From Glaucostegus cemiculus (Eukaryota): DNA of 64,000 nt. The stretch lies in NCBI GenBank assembly GCA_976551045.1, contig CDPCPM010000011.1, positions 11,966,001 to 12,030,000 on the forward strand. The letters run 5' to 3'. The notes under the pieces were generated by a model. The model did no database searches and had not been told where the DNA came from. It saw nothing but the letters and a program-made list of their open reading frames with translations. This document shows positions 40,220 to 53,814 of this stretch, one piece after another. Both the position numbers and the translations under genes were made by a program. The first letter of the stretch is position 1, and every line of letters starts with the position of its first letter.

Positions 40220-40870
40220 GCCATGTCAGTCAGAGATGAATTTCTGGGTAAATATCCTTTGACAACATTACCCAAGAAAGATCTTATCTAGTTCTTGAAA
40301 ATTTTTCAGTACCCAAGCACTTTTGGGTGTGGAAGGAAAGAGTTCTAAATTTCTGCTACCACTTTGAAGGAACCAATTTCACCTTCACATGGTCCAGCAG
40401 TAATTTTATTATTTTCCCTTGTTCAGGAATCCTCACTACAGGATATAATTTCTCTGGATTGATTCTACTGAATCAATTCAAGTTAAGCATCTCAATTAGA
40501 CCCCACCCTCTCAACTTTTTAAACTCAGGGGAATACAAGCCAAGTCCATGTAATTTATATTCAAAATGAAATCCTTTAAACTTTGATATCATTGTGGTCA
40601 GTCTCTGCATTATTAGTGTTTGCAATGTACAATGCCTTCATCTGAACAAACATTATCCAGAGGAAATCCAAACAAAACTTTGTACAACTGGGGAATAACT
40701 TATTCTCTTTTGTAACTGACCCCTTTCAGATATAGGCCAACTGCTTTTCTGATTAGTTTTTGTGCCTGCAGGGTAGCATTTAGTGACCAGTGTTCACAGA
40801 CAGCTAAATCTCTTTGCTCTTTTACAGCTCCTAATTTCTCATCACTAACAAAATATTTTGAACATCTACT
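40220..40870 (-). mobile_element. Old CR1 fragment
   Basis: GGAAAGAGTTCTAAATT, ATCTCAATTAGACCCCACCCTCTCAACTTTTTAAACTCAGGGGAATACAAGCC, TTGTACAACTG. Confidence 0.6.
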
Positions 40871-41159
40871 ATTAGAGCAGAGAACTTTAACATCAGAAGA
40901 TGTTTCATTATGTACAATTACATGGAACTGCTGAACCCAATGGTATCAGGAGGTTGTTCAGAGATAGCGGAAGCAATCTTGTATTTTTCCACTTCCATGC
41001 TGCTTGCCACAGTTGCAATGAATCGGCATGAAAGGGAGACCAAAGCTCCCATCTTCCTAGTTTGCATTCCACATTATCACACTGCCCAGTTAAGCTGAGA
41101 CATGGACCAACACACATTTCCAAGTCTATATATCCTTAAAAAAAACTGCTGAAATCTTA

Positions 41160-41297
<138 letters not shown>

Positions 41298-44200
41298 TCA
41301 GAGTATAATTTCTAAGAAGTCATTTTGCATCTTATATGATAGACTAAAATGTTCTGAAAACATCAATTTTCAAAGCACATCAGTAATTTAAACCGGAAAT
41401 TATGCAGAATAATAGAATACAGAGTACCATCTTCATAACACAGAAAGCTTTTTTTCAGAAGTTAAGCCCCTGACAAACAGTGGGAACTTTTCTATTGATT
41501 TCCAATTTGAAGACCACAAGGAATCCAGAATTATTTGATTTTACATATTTCAGCAATACATGAATATCATACCAAGGAAAATAATGTGACTTTCACATTC
41601 CCTTCTCCATCAAACTCCCCACAAGTTACCACTTGCTAGTGTTCCTAAGGTGGACCAATAGCGGGTCTAGTGGATTTGAGTTGGATTCATGGTGGCATAA
41701 AACATTACCCATTATCTTAAATACAACTCAAGCAAGAAATATAATAGCAAAGTTCCTCTAAGGAAAGAGAGCCACACAGAAACACAAGCCTGAAAAGACA
41801 TTCTCCATTGGTAAAGATCAAGGCTGATGACATTTTGTCCATGGTGCTACACCTGTATGGATAGTTGGGGAAGAAATTCAATCTCATCACCTCCTACTTC
41901 TGCTGTACACTAACTCCCTCACCTCAGTGTAAAATCAATCAAACTTGATGGAAATAACTGTCTTTCATAAAATAAATAAATGTCAGTTCACGATTGGGCA
42001 GGGAGACAAATAAACAGGACTACATCAAATTCTAAAAAAGCATGAAGATGGCAACCTTTTGCAAGGTTGGTACAGTTATTTTGTATTTTGAACAGTACAA
42101 TGAATCACTGCAACAGAAATTCCTGTGATATAGTGAAAGAGGGCACAGTTGAGAGTTTCTGAATTAAATGAACACTTGGAGAAAAACTGGATTTCAGCAT
42201 GGTTAAGGCTAGTTTTATAACATGAGCCACCTATGACTGTACCCTCTGGCCAACAAGTCCCATGCAATAAAATTATCAATGCAAATGTAAAGCTTCTGAA
42301 ATTTGCTAAGATTACTGACCATTCCAGCAAGAATACTCTCAGACTGAAGGCAGCTGTGAAAGATATGTGCATGGGTCCTGGTTCAATAGAAAGGCAAGCT
42401 CTCTTATTATGAATTTTCTAAGGACCAGCAGAGGTACAATGGACTGAAAGCCACCTTCAGTGCTTTACATTTTATAAAATTCAGTTTGCATTTTTTGCCA
42501 TTGTTCATTTTGATAAGAACAAGAAAATCCACCACATACAATTTCTTAAATAGCGCTAACAGACAAAAATGGAATAGACCTGCTTTCCAAACTGAAACCA
42601 TATACTACTTGGCTTTGGCTGTGCTTAATTTTCATACTGTCCTTTCAAGACCTCAGTGGGGTTTACAAAATGCATACCTTATAGAGTTTAAAGGAATCCT
42701 GAAAGGCAGGCTAAACTCCAGCTCCAGGCAAACCCAATTAGGTCATGGTAATTGGATATTTGATAATTTCATATTATTTATCTCTTATTGCTCTGAATGT
42801 TTAGTTGAAGTGAAGTGAGATGCTCATTAACCAATCTACTTTAATCATGATGCCATCTGCATATTCAAGTTGGTTCTGGTCAAAGAGTATTTTCTGAATA
42901 CCAGTTTTCTGGGAGGTTTTAAAAGTCTATTTTCTTGCTTGAATTAACATCGTACAGTCACACTTACACACTATTTGAAGGACACGTGTACATACAAACA
43001 ATATATCCAAACAGTGCTTGAAACAGCTGGTTTACTACTTCTAAGTCCAAATATTAGAGGAAATTCCCCCCCCCCACAAGAAAGGCACACATTTTGACAG
43101 CTGATCTAGTACAATGGCATAAAACAGACTTAAGAGCTGCTATGCTGTGTAGTTTTTTGTAACTGACCCAGAACAGTGTACAATCACTGATTGGGTTGCA
43201 GCTATTTGACTGACGCCAGGTGCAAATCTACAGAGCATTTGTTTTAGCCCATGGTGCAAGTCACACATCGGGCTCTTTTTGCCCTGTTCTGTTTATGCCA
43301 GACAGCTAATGAATCAAAGTAGTTCCAGTGTACAGTGTTTTGGGTACAGCTAGAACAGAATTTTGTTTGTTTGAAGCCTCATTCAATGACAAGGACTTTG
43401 AAGGTATCTTTCTAACTGTGTAATCCTTCATGTTAGTATAACCAGCAGTTGTTTCTTCTCAGTGTATTTTCAACTCATTCATTCTACATCTGAGTGTTCA
43501 CTTCCACAAATAGCCAGGTGTTGGTTGAGGGTGTGTGTGATGAAGAACTGATCTCAATAAGGAAGGAAATAAAACCAAAAAGTTAACAAGGCACTCAAAA
43601 ACTGATGTTCCTTTGACATAAAAGATCAAAAATTAGAAGGAATTTTGCCCAAATAAATCCAGCAGGAATGCCTTCACTGACAATAATTTCACAAGAACAA
43701 GAGTTTTCAGCACACAGTAATGCCATTGTGGCTAAATTACTGGATTAATAACCCAGAGGCTTGCACTAACAATTGGTGTACAGCAGAGTGTTGATGGAGA
43801 ACAAGACGGTTTAAATATTACAGTTTCTTTTGGATAGCCTGCCGATTTATTTATACAAATGAAAGAATAAATGCAGAGGAAGGTCATCTTGAAATTACCT
43901 TTGCAATATAAATAAATGTGATTAGGAAAGATAAAATTTCTTCTAACATGTCGCTCTATTACATGTCAATATGCGAATATACTCAATGCCAATGAACCCT
44001 GATTTAATAATTAACAACTGTTCTTCTGCTCTATTTAAACAGGGAGAAGTGAAACATAAAAGCACTTTAGTGGAGAGCTTCAACAAAAACATACTAACAT
44101 TTAACTGAAGAGAATAGGGCTATCATTAGATAATGAAGGGCATTTCACCTATTTTCCTAAATAACATATCTGATCATCTGCAAAAAAACACAATTTTTAT

Positions 44201-44679
44201 TCTAAGGATGTCAGAAAAACTTAACAAAATTTAATTTACAAAATTTGATCAGTTCCCAAAATTATATAGCTGTACTTAATAACATTATTTTGACCAAGAC
44301 TACAATAAGGATATACAGAGGAACAGGTGCATTGGAAGAGGGAAATTCAAGACATGAAGTGCATGATAAGAAAACTGAAAACTTAAGTCAACAGAGAATT
44401 AATAAGCAGTGTCACAAAATGGGACCATGCAAGTTTTGTACTGTCTTCCTAATCTTCTAATCATCAGCTGCTTTTTCCTAATGTTAGACAACAGCAGAAC
44501 AATATTAATAGTGCCTTGAGAGCCAGTTGTCTACCCGTACCCTTTGCTGATGATAAGAACTCAGTATGAAAAGATGATTTTGCTCTTTCAGTATGAGCAC
44601 GGAGCAAGAATTATGGTAATCATCCAGCTCTGATAAGACAAACTAAACATTCTAACAAAAACAAGATCAAAGAATCAAC

Positions 44680-45115
44680 TGAAAATGGTCTCACTAAGGG
44701 CAAATCAAAAAGTTACAAGCTGCATAAACAGGATTGATTTGGACTTGCAAAACACTTTTGGGTACATTCACATAATGAAGGTGCTACATGAATGAAAACT
44801 GTCTGTGGCACCATGCATACAAAAAGCAGGAACACTTTGTCACAAGCATCTGTTGCTGGACTAATAAATTATAATTTCAGAATAGCACAAACTTGCAATT
44901 ACCCTTCCATCAAAATGTTTACTTTAAGTAGTACATCCCATACTTGTGAAAACATCCTAACTTCTTCTTGAATCACTAAAGGAAATCTAAGAGGTTGATT
45001 AAGCAGGTTGGAAATATTAACTGAATCTTCAAGTGATTTTAGGAGACTGCAGAAATGCAGTAAAGTGATAGAGACACACTTGAAGACAAATGGTAAGTTG
45101 GACAAACAATATAGA
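44680..45115 (+). mobile_element. Very old CR1 RT remnant
   Basis: GGTCTCACTAAGGGCAAATC (GxTKGKS), TTGGACTTGCAAAACACTTTTG (LDxQxxF) and GACAAATGGTAAGT occur in the expected order. Confidence 0.4.
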
Positions 45116-45276
45116 TACTTGTTGCCTTTAAGTATATTCCTCTTTAATCTTATACAAAAAAGTGTGCTGGACTTTAATTCACATTGTTGATTATTGACAG
45201 TTTGTACAGAGAAGGCACATAAATTGATAGTTTGTACAGATTAACTTTTCAAATGCCTACATTTAATATTCTAGAT

Positions 45277-45470
45277 CTGACTGAGTGGTAGGACTCATCT
45301 GAGTCAAAATATCTGGAGTTTAGGCCAAATGGTGACATTTGGGCACCTAATTCAGGCTGACATTTCACAGCAGTGCTGAGGTGTGCTTTACTGTTTGAAA
45401 TGCCGATAATGGTTTTTTGAAGAGATGTTAAATTGATTATTTACCCTCTCAAGTGGATGAAAAGTGGCAG
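45277..45470 (+). mobile_element. Deu-domain SINE 5' half
   Basis: CTGAGTGGTAGGACTCATCTGAGTCA head, AGGCTGACATTTCA, GAGATGTTAAA, CCCTCTCAAGTGGATG; reverse complement of 23745-23915. Confidence 0.6.
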
Positions 45471-46554
45471 AAAATTTTCATTAGCAGCAAGATGCCATTT
45501 AATGTTATGAAGTTGTTGAAGGTTCCATATAAATGTTTTCTGTCCTTACCAGAAGAAAAAGAGCTTTCTTTCAGGGGAAAGTAAAAGTACTATCTTGTTG
45601 GTACTAAACTAGTCTGAACAATTAGCAAGGATCTTTGTTGAATATATAAAATATTACAAGTAGATGGACAATGTGTACAATTCAAAAACCAGTACAAATA
45701 AATCTTCCCTTGCAGTATGTATCTATAGCCTTGGTTTTATATATACAAAAAAGATTACTAAAAGTCCCTGTGACTTTGTACCTGTGAGGTACGATTCCAT
45801 GCACATTTCTCTGAATGATATCATGCACAGACAATAATGCTTAGATTGAGCTGTGCACTACTGCACCACTATAAAATTTTACAATTCATTAGTAAATAAT
45901 GAATCAAATTGACGATCAGATTGCTGGAGACAGTAGCTATTAATCTATTGTACAAACTGGCTTTCACATCAGAAGCCCTGTGTGATGTCATCTATATGAG
46001 AGACAACTTGGTTCCATTAAAAGTAAATGTACAGCACTTAAGACTGCATTATGTGGGCAATAGGAGAGAACCAAGTTATTTGTAAGCAATATCTTTTAAT
46101 ATGTTCCCAACCTTGGATAAATCCGTCATTACTTTTGCAATCAAATCTACTGTCTAATCCCTTATCTCGGTTGATAAATGGTGCCTCATGCATTTTCTGC
46201 ATTATTTGGTTTCACTGCTTCAAACAATAAAAAAGTTCACCATGAATTTTTTCAAGATTAGGTGGTCTAAAGCAGAAGGAATTAGATAAAAGCTTGTGAG
46301 GCATTAAATCTCTGACTACCATTTCGGTGAAACACATGCTGGAAAGCTTAATGACGGATAATCATTTACTACATTTATTGAAAGAAAATGAGGTAAAATA
46401 TTGTATCTACTTCTGGCTGATTGCTGACAAACTAATTTTAACAACCATTTAAAAATATCGCCAGTTGAAAATAAAATGCATGTAGATGCACTTCCAGCCA
46501 GTTGCAAAGATTTTGTTATGCAAATAAATTATTTTGTCTCTTTGCTGTATTTCT

Positions 46555-47030
46555 TTCCATCTATCTACCTCTACTATTCTGGGAATCTAGTTCCTCAAAT
46601 TCACAGTGTCAAGAAGCATTAATCCAATTCATCCACTTACAGTGAGATTGACTTTTGGCCTTGTTTAAAATGTGTGAAGGGTCAAACAATTTATTACAAC
46701 TAAGTTTATCCACCTTCTGTTAAACCCAAGAGAAACCCTCGGTCCCAAGAGAAAACACTTCCATTTTCCTCAAGTATTTCCTGATGGATTAGGGTCTGAG
46801 TCCTGATTTTCCACTGAAATGTGTTCATCTTAGTTTCTCCAAAACATTAGAGTCTCCACTGTTCAATGGGGACCTGAATAATGCACAAAACTTCACCTTG
46901 GGAGACGCCAATACTCTGATAATTTTCCAAATTTTAGTTGATCACCACAAAGACCTACAAGGCTGTGAATTCCTTTAACCACTTGATTAAGTACCAAGTG
47001 GATTCCATGACACTCATGTACTCCAAATCC
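46555..47030 (-). mobile_element. Old CR1 fragment
   Basis: GGGAATCTAGTTCC, GGGACCTGAATAATGCACAAAACTTCA, CCAAATCCCT, in the same order as other minus-strand CR1 copies. Confidence 0.45.
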
Positions 47031-48154
47031 CTTCATTTATAATTTCTAATATTCTGTTTCCTTGTCCTTCCATGGCAATCCCATCTCTATTTTGGGAAGC
47101 TAGGTTTCTTCTGTGATACAAGAGAGTATTTTAAAGTATCTATACTCTCCTGGTCACTTGCTATCAGGTCAGGGATCTGCTTTATGATTTCCCTGAGCAC
47201 TTCTAAAAGCCACTCGTCTTTGCTTAATACAGAATTTTAGCCTATTTTTAAATACTAAGTTTTAAAATGTTATCAATGACATTAAGAATGGTCATTAATA
47301 TACAATTATCAGACATGTAGTTGCAGAATTGACATTTTACTTTGATTGTGGTTCATGAATGCATTAATGAAACCATTAATCTCTTGCACCTTGATTCTGC
47401 TGCTTCTCTAGTTTCACCAGATACAATAACACTGAACATGGCATCAATGACATGCAGGGAAATAACTTTCTAGTTTATTCTGTCTATCCCACAGACTTGT
47501 AATACTTTGTGAACCTTAATATATACATTCCTCACCCTATTCTTGACCTCTGAGAGAAATGAAAAGGTAGATTAAAAAAACCCGGGCAATTTGTGGGGTT
47601 AGAGGAGATATCTAGAAACTTCCACAGCTCAATTATTCCCTGCACAGCCGCTCTACGTTCTTCTTTTATCCCAGGTCAACTGAGTGTGCTTCCTGATCTG
47701 CACTCCAATTTTGCAGGTTACTCTGAAGTATGACCTGAGAGGAATACTCAACACTCTTCACTATAATAGTCACCTTCCCAACCATTAGCCAAATGAATGT
47801 GGAATTCAGCTAACTGACAATTCTAGTTCTCAGTATAATCTAAGCTCATGATCCTATTTTTCTTAAACAATGTGGTGCAAGTACTGGGTAATTAATCAAA
47901 TGACAATAATGCATACTTTATTACAATAATTTTTGTTTTGATTTATGTTCTCTCTCGGAGTACTTCAATGTCCTTCAAAGTCACAAATTATATCTTTTAG
48001 GAAAGCTGCAAATGGTTCATCATAGCTTTTGATAAGGCCAGCCCCCTTTAATGCCTCCACCGTGGTTGTTTAGATTAGTGGGACTGTCCTTGCTTGGTTC
48101 TGCTCTTACCAAACACACAACCTTTGATTAATGGGCATACTGTGTGCCAGCATA

Positions 48155-48370
48155 GTCTTTGGCTGCCTGAGGAAAAGAATGTTTGTAGATCAAGATCTCA
48201 AATCTGCCATAAAGCTATGGGCCACCTCTGTCCACCTGGTAACCTCTTGCCATGACTGAGTTCAAAATAGACTATTCATTCTGGGAGTCTGGTCTTGGGC
48301 ATATCAATAATATGCCCTGTCTAAAGGAGTTGACCGAATGTAATTAGGATTTCAATGACGGGAACTGAGG
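48155..48370. mobile_element. Two RTE fragments in opposite orientations
   Basis: 48155-48222 matches ~28955-29020 directly; 48230-48370 matches ~29140-29270 as reverse complement. Confidence 0.55.
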
Positions 48371-48574
48371 TCCTAATTACACTCATTCTGTTTCATACTG
48401 ATCCGTGGTTTGAATTCATTCATAACACTGTCAAAAAATCTAGCCAATAATAAATGGTCCAAAACTACCTATCATGTCTCATAAGGGACTGTGACCAATT
48501 GCATCATCTCCACTTCCAAGTACAATCAGTTTGAAACTCTGGATCTGTCTCTTGTTGTCCATGAGAAGCAAAAT

Positions 48575-48845
48575 AAAGCAAAGTGCAGGATGTACAGGAA
48601 AAGTAAATGGAGAATGTGGAAGGATAAATGGAGAAAATAAGTAAAGCAGAAAAAGTGTGTGTAGCTTACAGAGAAGAAAGTATAGAGTCAAGTAGTTGTA
48701 CAAACAGAAACTGAAAAAGGGAAAGATGCAAAACAAAGAGAAAGCCAAATTGGTGAAAATAAGAAAAAGAAAGGAAAACAAAGAAGTGAAGAAAAAAATG
48801 GATTCAGAGGAGAAGCACCAACAGATTAGTTCCATGAAAAGACAC
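48575..48845. repeat. Low-complexity A/G-rich tract
   Basis: Strong purine bias on the + strand, producing spurious K/E-rich and F/L/S-rich ORFs. Confidence 0.75.
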
Positions 48846-51204
48846 ACAATTTTTGGCTTAGGACAAAGCCATAGAAGAATGATGCACAAACCAGAGATAA
48901 CTCTTTAAACATGAGGCCCAAAGGTTTTTACAAGTCTAGACTTTGCAAAAATGGGCCTTGCCGACAGCAGTTAGAGCAAGTTTAGGCAGCTTTATATTTG
49001 GCTTGTAGCCATCTAGGCAAAGCACCAAGCAAATCTTCATATCATGCGTGTTTTTTCACTGGACTATGGTGGGAAACAAGCCAAGAACCATGCATTACAT
49101 AATGGATTTGTTTGTGCAATCAGCAGCAAATGAATAGTGCTCACCATTCATTTTGCTTTCATTTGTCCAGAATTATTGTGCGCTTTGCCCCATTACTTGC
49201 AGTAATTAGAAAGTAGAAGCAGAGCAGCACCCACTGTGTGGATATGGGCCCTGTGAATAGGGTAAATGACTGTATAATGGTTTAGCTAATCAGATTGAAG
49301 ACCAAATGTACAGAGTCTAAGCCAGGAAATGGGAGCTTAAATATTTAACACATGAAAAATTATATACACAACCCAAACTTATGAATAAAGGGATGGATTA
49401 AGAAAAACAAAAGAAATAGGAAAAGGTTTAAAAAAATCAATATTAAAATCTCATCACTTGAAATTCCAGATTTTTAAAAATTAACTTTAATGCCACAAAT
49501 ATTATTTGTCAGTGATTTAAGACTGACCGTCATATTAAAAGATGCCATGAGATTTGAATGTAAGAACCTTAACATCTTATGACACATTTAATGGACATCC
49601 AGTAGGCTCACCTTCTTCATAACTTGTCTGAAACTGATCATGCATGGTTATTGAAAATCATTGATCTATTTACTCCTTAACAATGGTAAACGCTAACCAT
49701 CTCACCTTCATTCCTAAATTCAGTTCAAAGCAAATGCTTGCTCCTTTTTGCTACTGAGAGATTCGAGTTGTTACAGCCTGTCTTTTAAAGCAATAATAAA
49801 AAAAGAGAATAACCTTGGAAACATATTTTTCCAGGTTCAATTAATTTCCTTTATCACAGTAAGAAACTACAAAGAATAAATTGGTATTTGCTAGCCTGAA
49901 GTGTTCACAAATTTGTTGAAACTTACAGGACACTATTAGGGGGCAATAAAATGTTGACCTACAACAGTAGCCATGTTATTTTTAAAATGAGAACCTTATT
50001 AAAGACTAGCGGACAACAGGTCTACATTGAAAGAAATATCAGTATACAAGTAAGTTAGTTTATGTTTACTGTTAACAGAAAGCAACCTATTCCCCATTCA
50101 GCTCCAAATACATTAGCTCAATGGCACCTTTTCTATTACACTGCCCACATCACGCAGCTTTTATGCTCAGTGCACTTGATGAAGGTGTTCTGACCAGAAA
50201 TCCTGCAGCAAAGTTCTGCCAACTTTTTAAAATGAACTTGCTTTTTTCAACTTATAATTCCATTTTAAATGTTCAACTTCAGTAGCATTTTGTAATTTAT
50301 TGCAATACAATAAATATACAAGGCTAATTCTACATGTGTACTGCAGCCACTAAATATAAATCCCTGTTTGATTACTATTCTTTCTTTCAACCAATAAAGC
50401 TGCCTCTCATTGAATATCACATTTGCGGTACCGCATAGTCCAACCAAGTAATATCCCCAAATACTAAATTAGTATTACCTCATTTTGGCAGACAATTACC
50501 TGGTAACTTTATTGACTTATACAGATTCAAATTATCCATTTATTGCCTGTGAGAATAATATCAAAACCCTTTATTAGAAAATCCTCCTCAAAGATAACAC
50601 ATATTTATATTTATGCTGTGCATAATTTTGGGCTATAAATTTTGGGCTGGTTTTAAGTTCATCTGAAAAATTAAAGCAATTGCAAACTACAACACAACAA
50701 CTTACTCTCAAAAGACAACAAGGAACATCACTCTTCCACTTGCTAAGTTAAAAACATCACCTAATGACAATCGTTTCCAACTGTCCTTTTGAAAAAATAC
50801 ATGAACACTGAAGGGAGGAACATCTTTATTTAATAAATTAATCTGAAAATCAGAATTTAATCAGCTTCTTCTAGTCAGGCCTGCCTAGTATTTAGAATTC
50901 AATATTGAGGTATTGGGAGATTTATTATTTATCCTAAGGTGTTAATAAAGGTGCATTTAGCATCCAAAGATCTGCCAAATTCAATAAATTCAGATTTCAT
51001 TTATTAGATTTTCAGATGAAAACAATTTATAACCATCAATCAACTAATTTGGCTTTCTTGGTCTTTCTCACCACTTTAAACAGTTCTGTCAATGTTGGCT
51101 GCTTGCATTTGGAGCATTTTTCACTGCAGAGCTGGAAGGTTGTGGATTTGTGAGGCTCGATGCTTGAGTGCTCAAGTACAATACTAAAGCAAATTATACT
51201 ATCA

Positions 51205-51450
51205 GTAGACAGAGATGAGCTATTAACTCTCCCAGGCAGGTGCCAAAGACTCCAGGGGACTTTTTGCAAAGAAAAGCAGTGGTGTTAGCTAGTGGTATCA
51301 CCTACATTTATTCCTCAATGGACATTATTGAAACAGCATTCTTTGCAGAAACTGGTTGTCACTTTTTCTACATTACACTAGTGACTACACTTCAAAAAGT
51401 GCCACATTAGCCATAGAAAACTTTGGAAATGCTCTGGATCGTGAATAGAG
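51205..51450 (+). mobile_element. Deu-domain SINE 3' half
   Basis: CATTTATTCCTCAA, CTACATTACACTAGTGACTACACTTCAAAAAGT, ACTTTGGAAAT. Confidence 0.6.
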
Positions 51451-53561
51451 TAAATCACCCAACAGACATTTGCAAAAGCTGCAGCAAAGAGAATGGAATA
51501 ATGTGCATTTACCATCTCTATCCTTGTGCCATAATACCTCGTGGCTATAATAAAGATAAAGCCCTGCCTTAACGTACAGTTGAAACATGCAAAATTGAAA
51601 ACCTATTTAAATACATTGGGTCATCACTCTCAGCTGGTATTTGAAAGTATAAATCCAGTTTAGCCTGCAAGTCTTGGAATTTAAAGATTACATCATTAAT
51701 CTTAAACCAGGTTACAGGGGAATTAATGAAAAAGAGGTGAATTAAATATTCAGGATTTTATTTATTCTTTAACCCTTTAGCTGATTGTTTTAAAATCAAA
51801 TGACAATCCAGGACAGTTGGTATGGATTTTTAGAAATTTAGAAATAACACTGATGACTCAAACTGCAGTAAGGTTTTGCAATAAACATGTGGAATATTAC
51901 AAATGTCCAGTTGTAGAAATACAAAATTAGACAGGATAATGGAAGCATTCATGCTCTCCTTTTCGTTTGGTGAAAGAAGATTGATTACCGGAACATATCG
52001 TCAAATGTACATTTAATTTCTATCTAATTATTCAACACAACAAATGGCCCTATTTTTAAAAAATGGTCCCTGCCAGATATTCCTCATGAAGTCGAACTGT
52101 TGAGTTGCCAAAAAAATTAAGCTAAAATAAATGGAAGGAGCTGTTCCATTCCACAACTTCAAGAGGACTTATGGGAAATTAATGAACAAATGCCTTCTAG
52201 GTATTTACCTTATTTGACAGGGGCCTGTTCAGGTTTAAGAATTACATTATTTTTCTGCTGCAGATCTCTTCATAAATATCTCTGCTTTACAGCAATGCCA
52301 TAGTGCTCAGTATTTGACCTAAAATAATAGTCTTTTAATGCCCCATGTTGTGAATGATAAAGAAATCCTACTGACATGAAACTTTCTAGGCTGCACAGAA
52401 TTCTCATTATGAATGTTGACCTGTTTCACCTAAATTAGTTGATAACTGTGCAGATTCAAAGAAATATTTTTGATGAATAGTTGTGTGTACAGTATGTAAT
52501 ATGAAGTAGTAATTACATTTACATTGTAAAATGGAATGAACTGTTTCATTAAAATGCATATGAATGGAGACTCATGTGCAGCATGAACACCAGCAGAGGT
52601 TTGTACAGCCAAATTCTCTGTCTTTTTGATGCAGATATAAAACATAATTTCTTACTTTTTGTCTGCAATAGCAAAATATGCAGATATCACATGAATGAAA
52701 ACAATAATGCTCTCCTGGCATTTAGGTATTCAATGAATGTACTATTACAGTGATATATTATAAATGTTATTCTTTGTACTAATTTATGATTCAGTATTGG
52801 AAGATTAATTTAAAAAGATTCCTAAGATCTTCAAATTCCCATAGACCCTGGGGAAAAAAAAAGTTTAACCTGAATCATGCAAACTGTTCAAAAATTTACG
52901 TTGTAACTGATTGCCAATTTGTAATCTGGTGCTGATAAGATCACATGAGCTAATTTGGCTTTCAGGGGTATAGCAATGCCAAGCGCCAAGTTAAATATGG
53001 ATCAATGATGAACCTTCACATTGAGATTTGTGATTTGTGTTTATCACATCATTGGTCCATATATTTGAGAGCTTCCAAGGATAGAAACATAAAATAATAA
53101 GTACAAAAATTTGGCAACTGTGCACATGGAGATTTGTACACATGGTATCAGTGCCAGGATCTGAATATATTTCCAGCTCACACACAAATTTGGAGCATTA
53201 GAAGATGCGGAATGATCCTTTTCTGTTAGTAGGTGCAAGATAAATGGACATTAAAGGAACATTTAGTCAACAGTTGACATTTCCTCTGCATAATTTAACA
53301 GTTCAGTTGATACTTGGCTTTCTTTTATCTGTATCTAGGCTTCTAATTCAGAATCTGGGACACTGGGGCTTTGCACCAGTTTCTAGTATTTGTGTGCAGG
53401 TAAAGAGCTGCAGGTCCTGATGAGGTCAATTGTCAATGGAAAGTTAATTTAATTGAATAAAATAATGGCTGAGTTCTGGTTAATAGATATCAAAATTATG
53501 AATTACATAACAAAGCAAGAAAATATTCTTAACCTTGTATTACTTTAGTTCAAATAATAAA

Positions 53562-53723
53562 TAGGGAAATTGCCCTGGTATGTAGGTGAGTGATAGAATC
53601 TGGGACAGTTGATAAGAATGTGGGGAGAATAAAGTGGAATCAATGTAGGATTAGTGTAAATGATGGTTGATGGTCCGCAAAGACTCGGTGGGCTGAGGGG
53701 CCTGTTTCCATGTTGTATCTCTG
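53562..53723 (+). mobile_element. HE1-like SINE 3' part
   Basis: AAATTGCCC...AATGTAGGATTAGTGTAAATG..GGTTGATGGTC..GACTCGGTGGGCTGAGGGGCCTGTTTCCATGTTGTATCTCT. Confidence 0.75.
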
Positions 53724-53814
53724 ACAATAATCCAGTGAAGTCTCAGAAAAACTCTTAAATGCCAAAGATGGTCCCCGACTGTTATGAAGATAGAACATAT
53801 CTCTTGAAGTTATT

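Noticed and set aside
48479-48908. 136-aa hydrophobic and 70-aa lysine-rich ORFs
   Set aside because: Artefacts of a purine-rich low-complexity tract.
50172-50203. Hammerhead-like TTGATGA-AGGT..ACCA-GAAA; similar TTGATGA-TGGCA-TGT-TGCCA-GAAT at 62905-62928 and CTGATGA..GAAA at ~53417-53442
   Set aside because: Core or stem II defects and no convincing stems I/III; at best very old relics, possibly chance.
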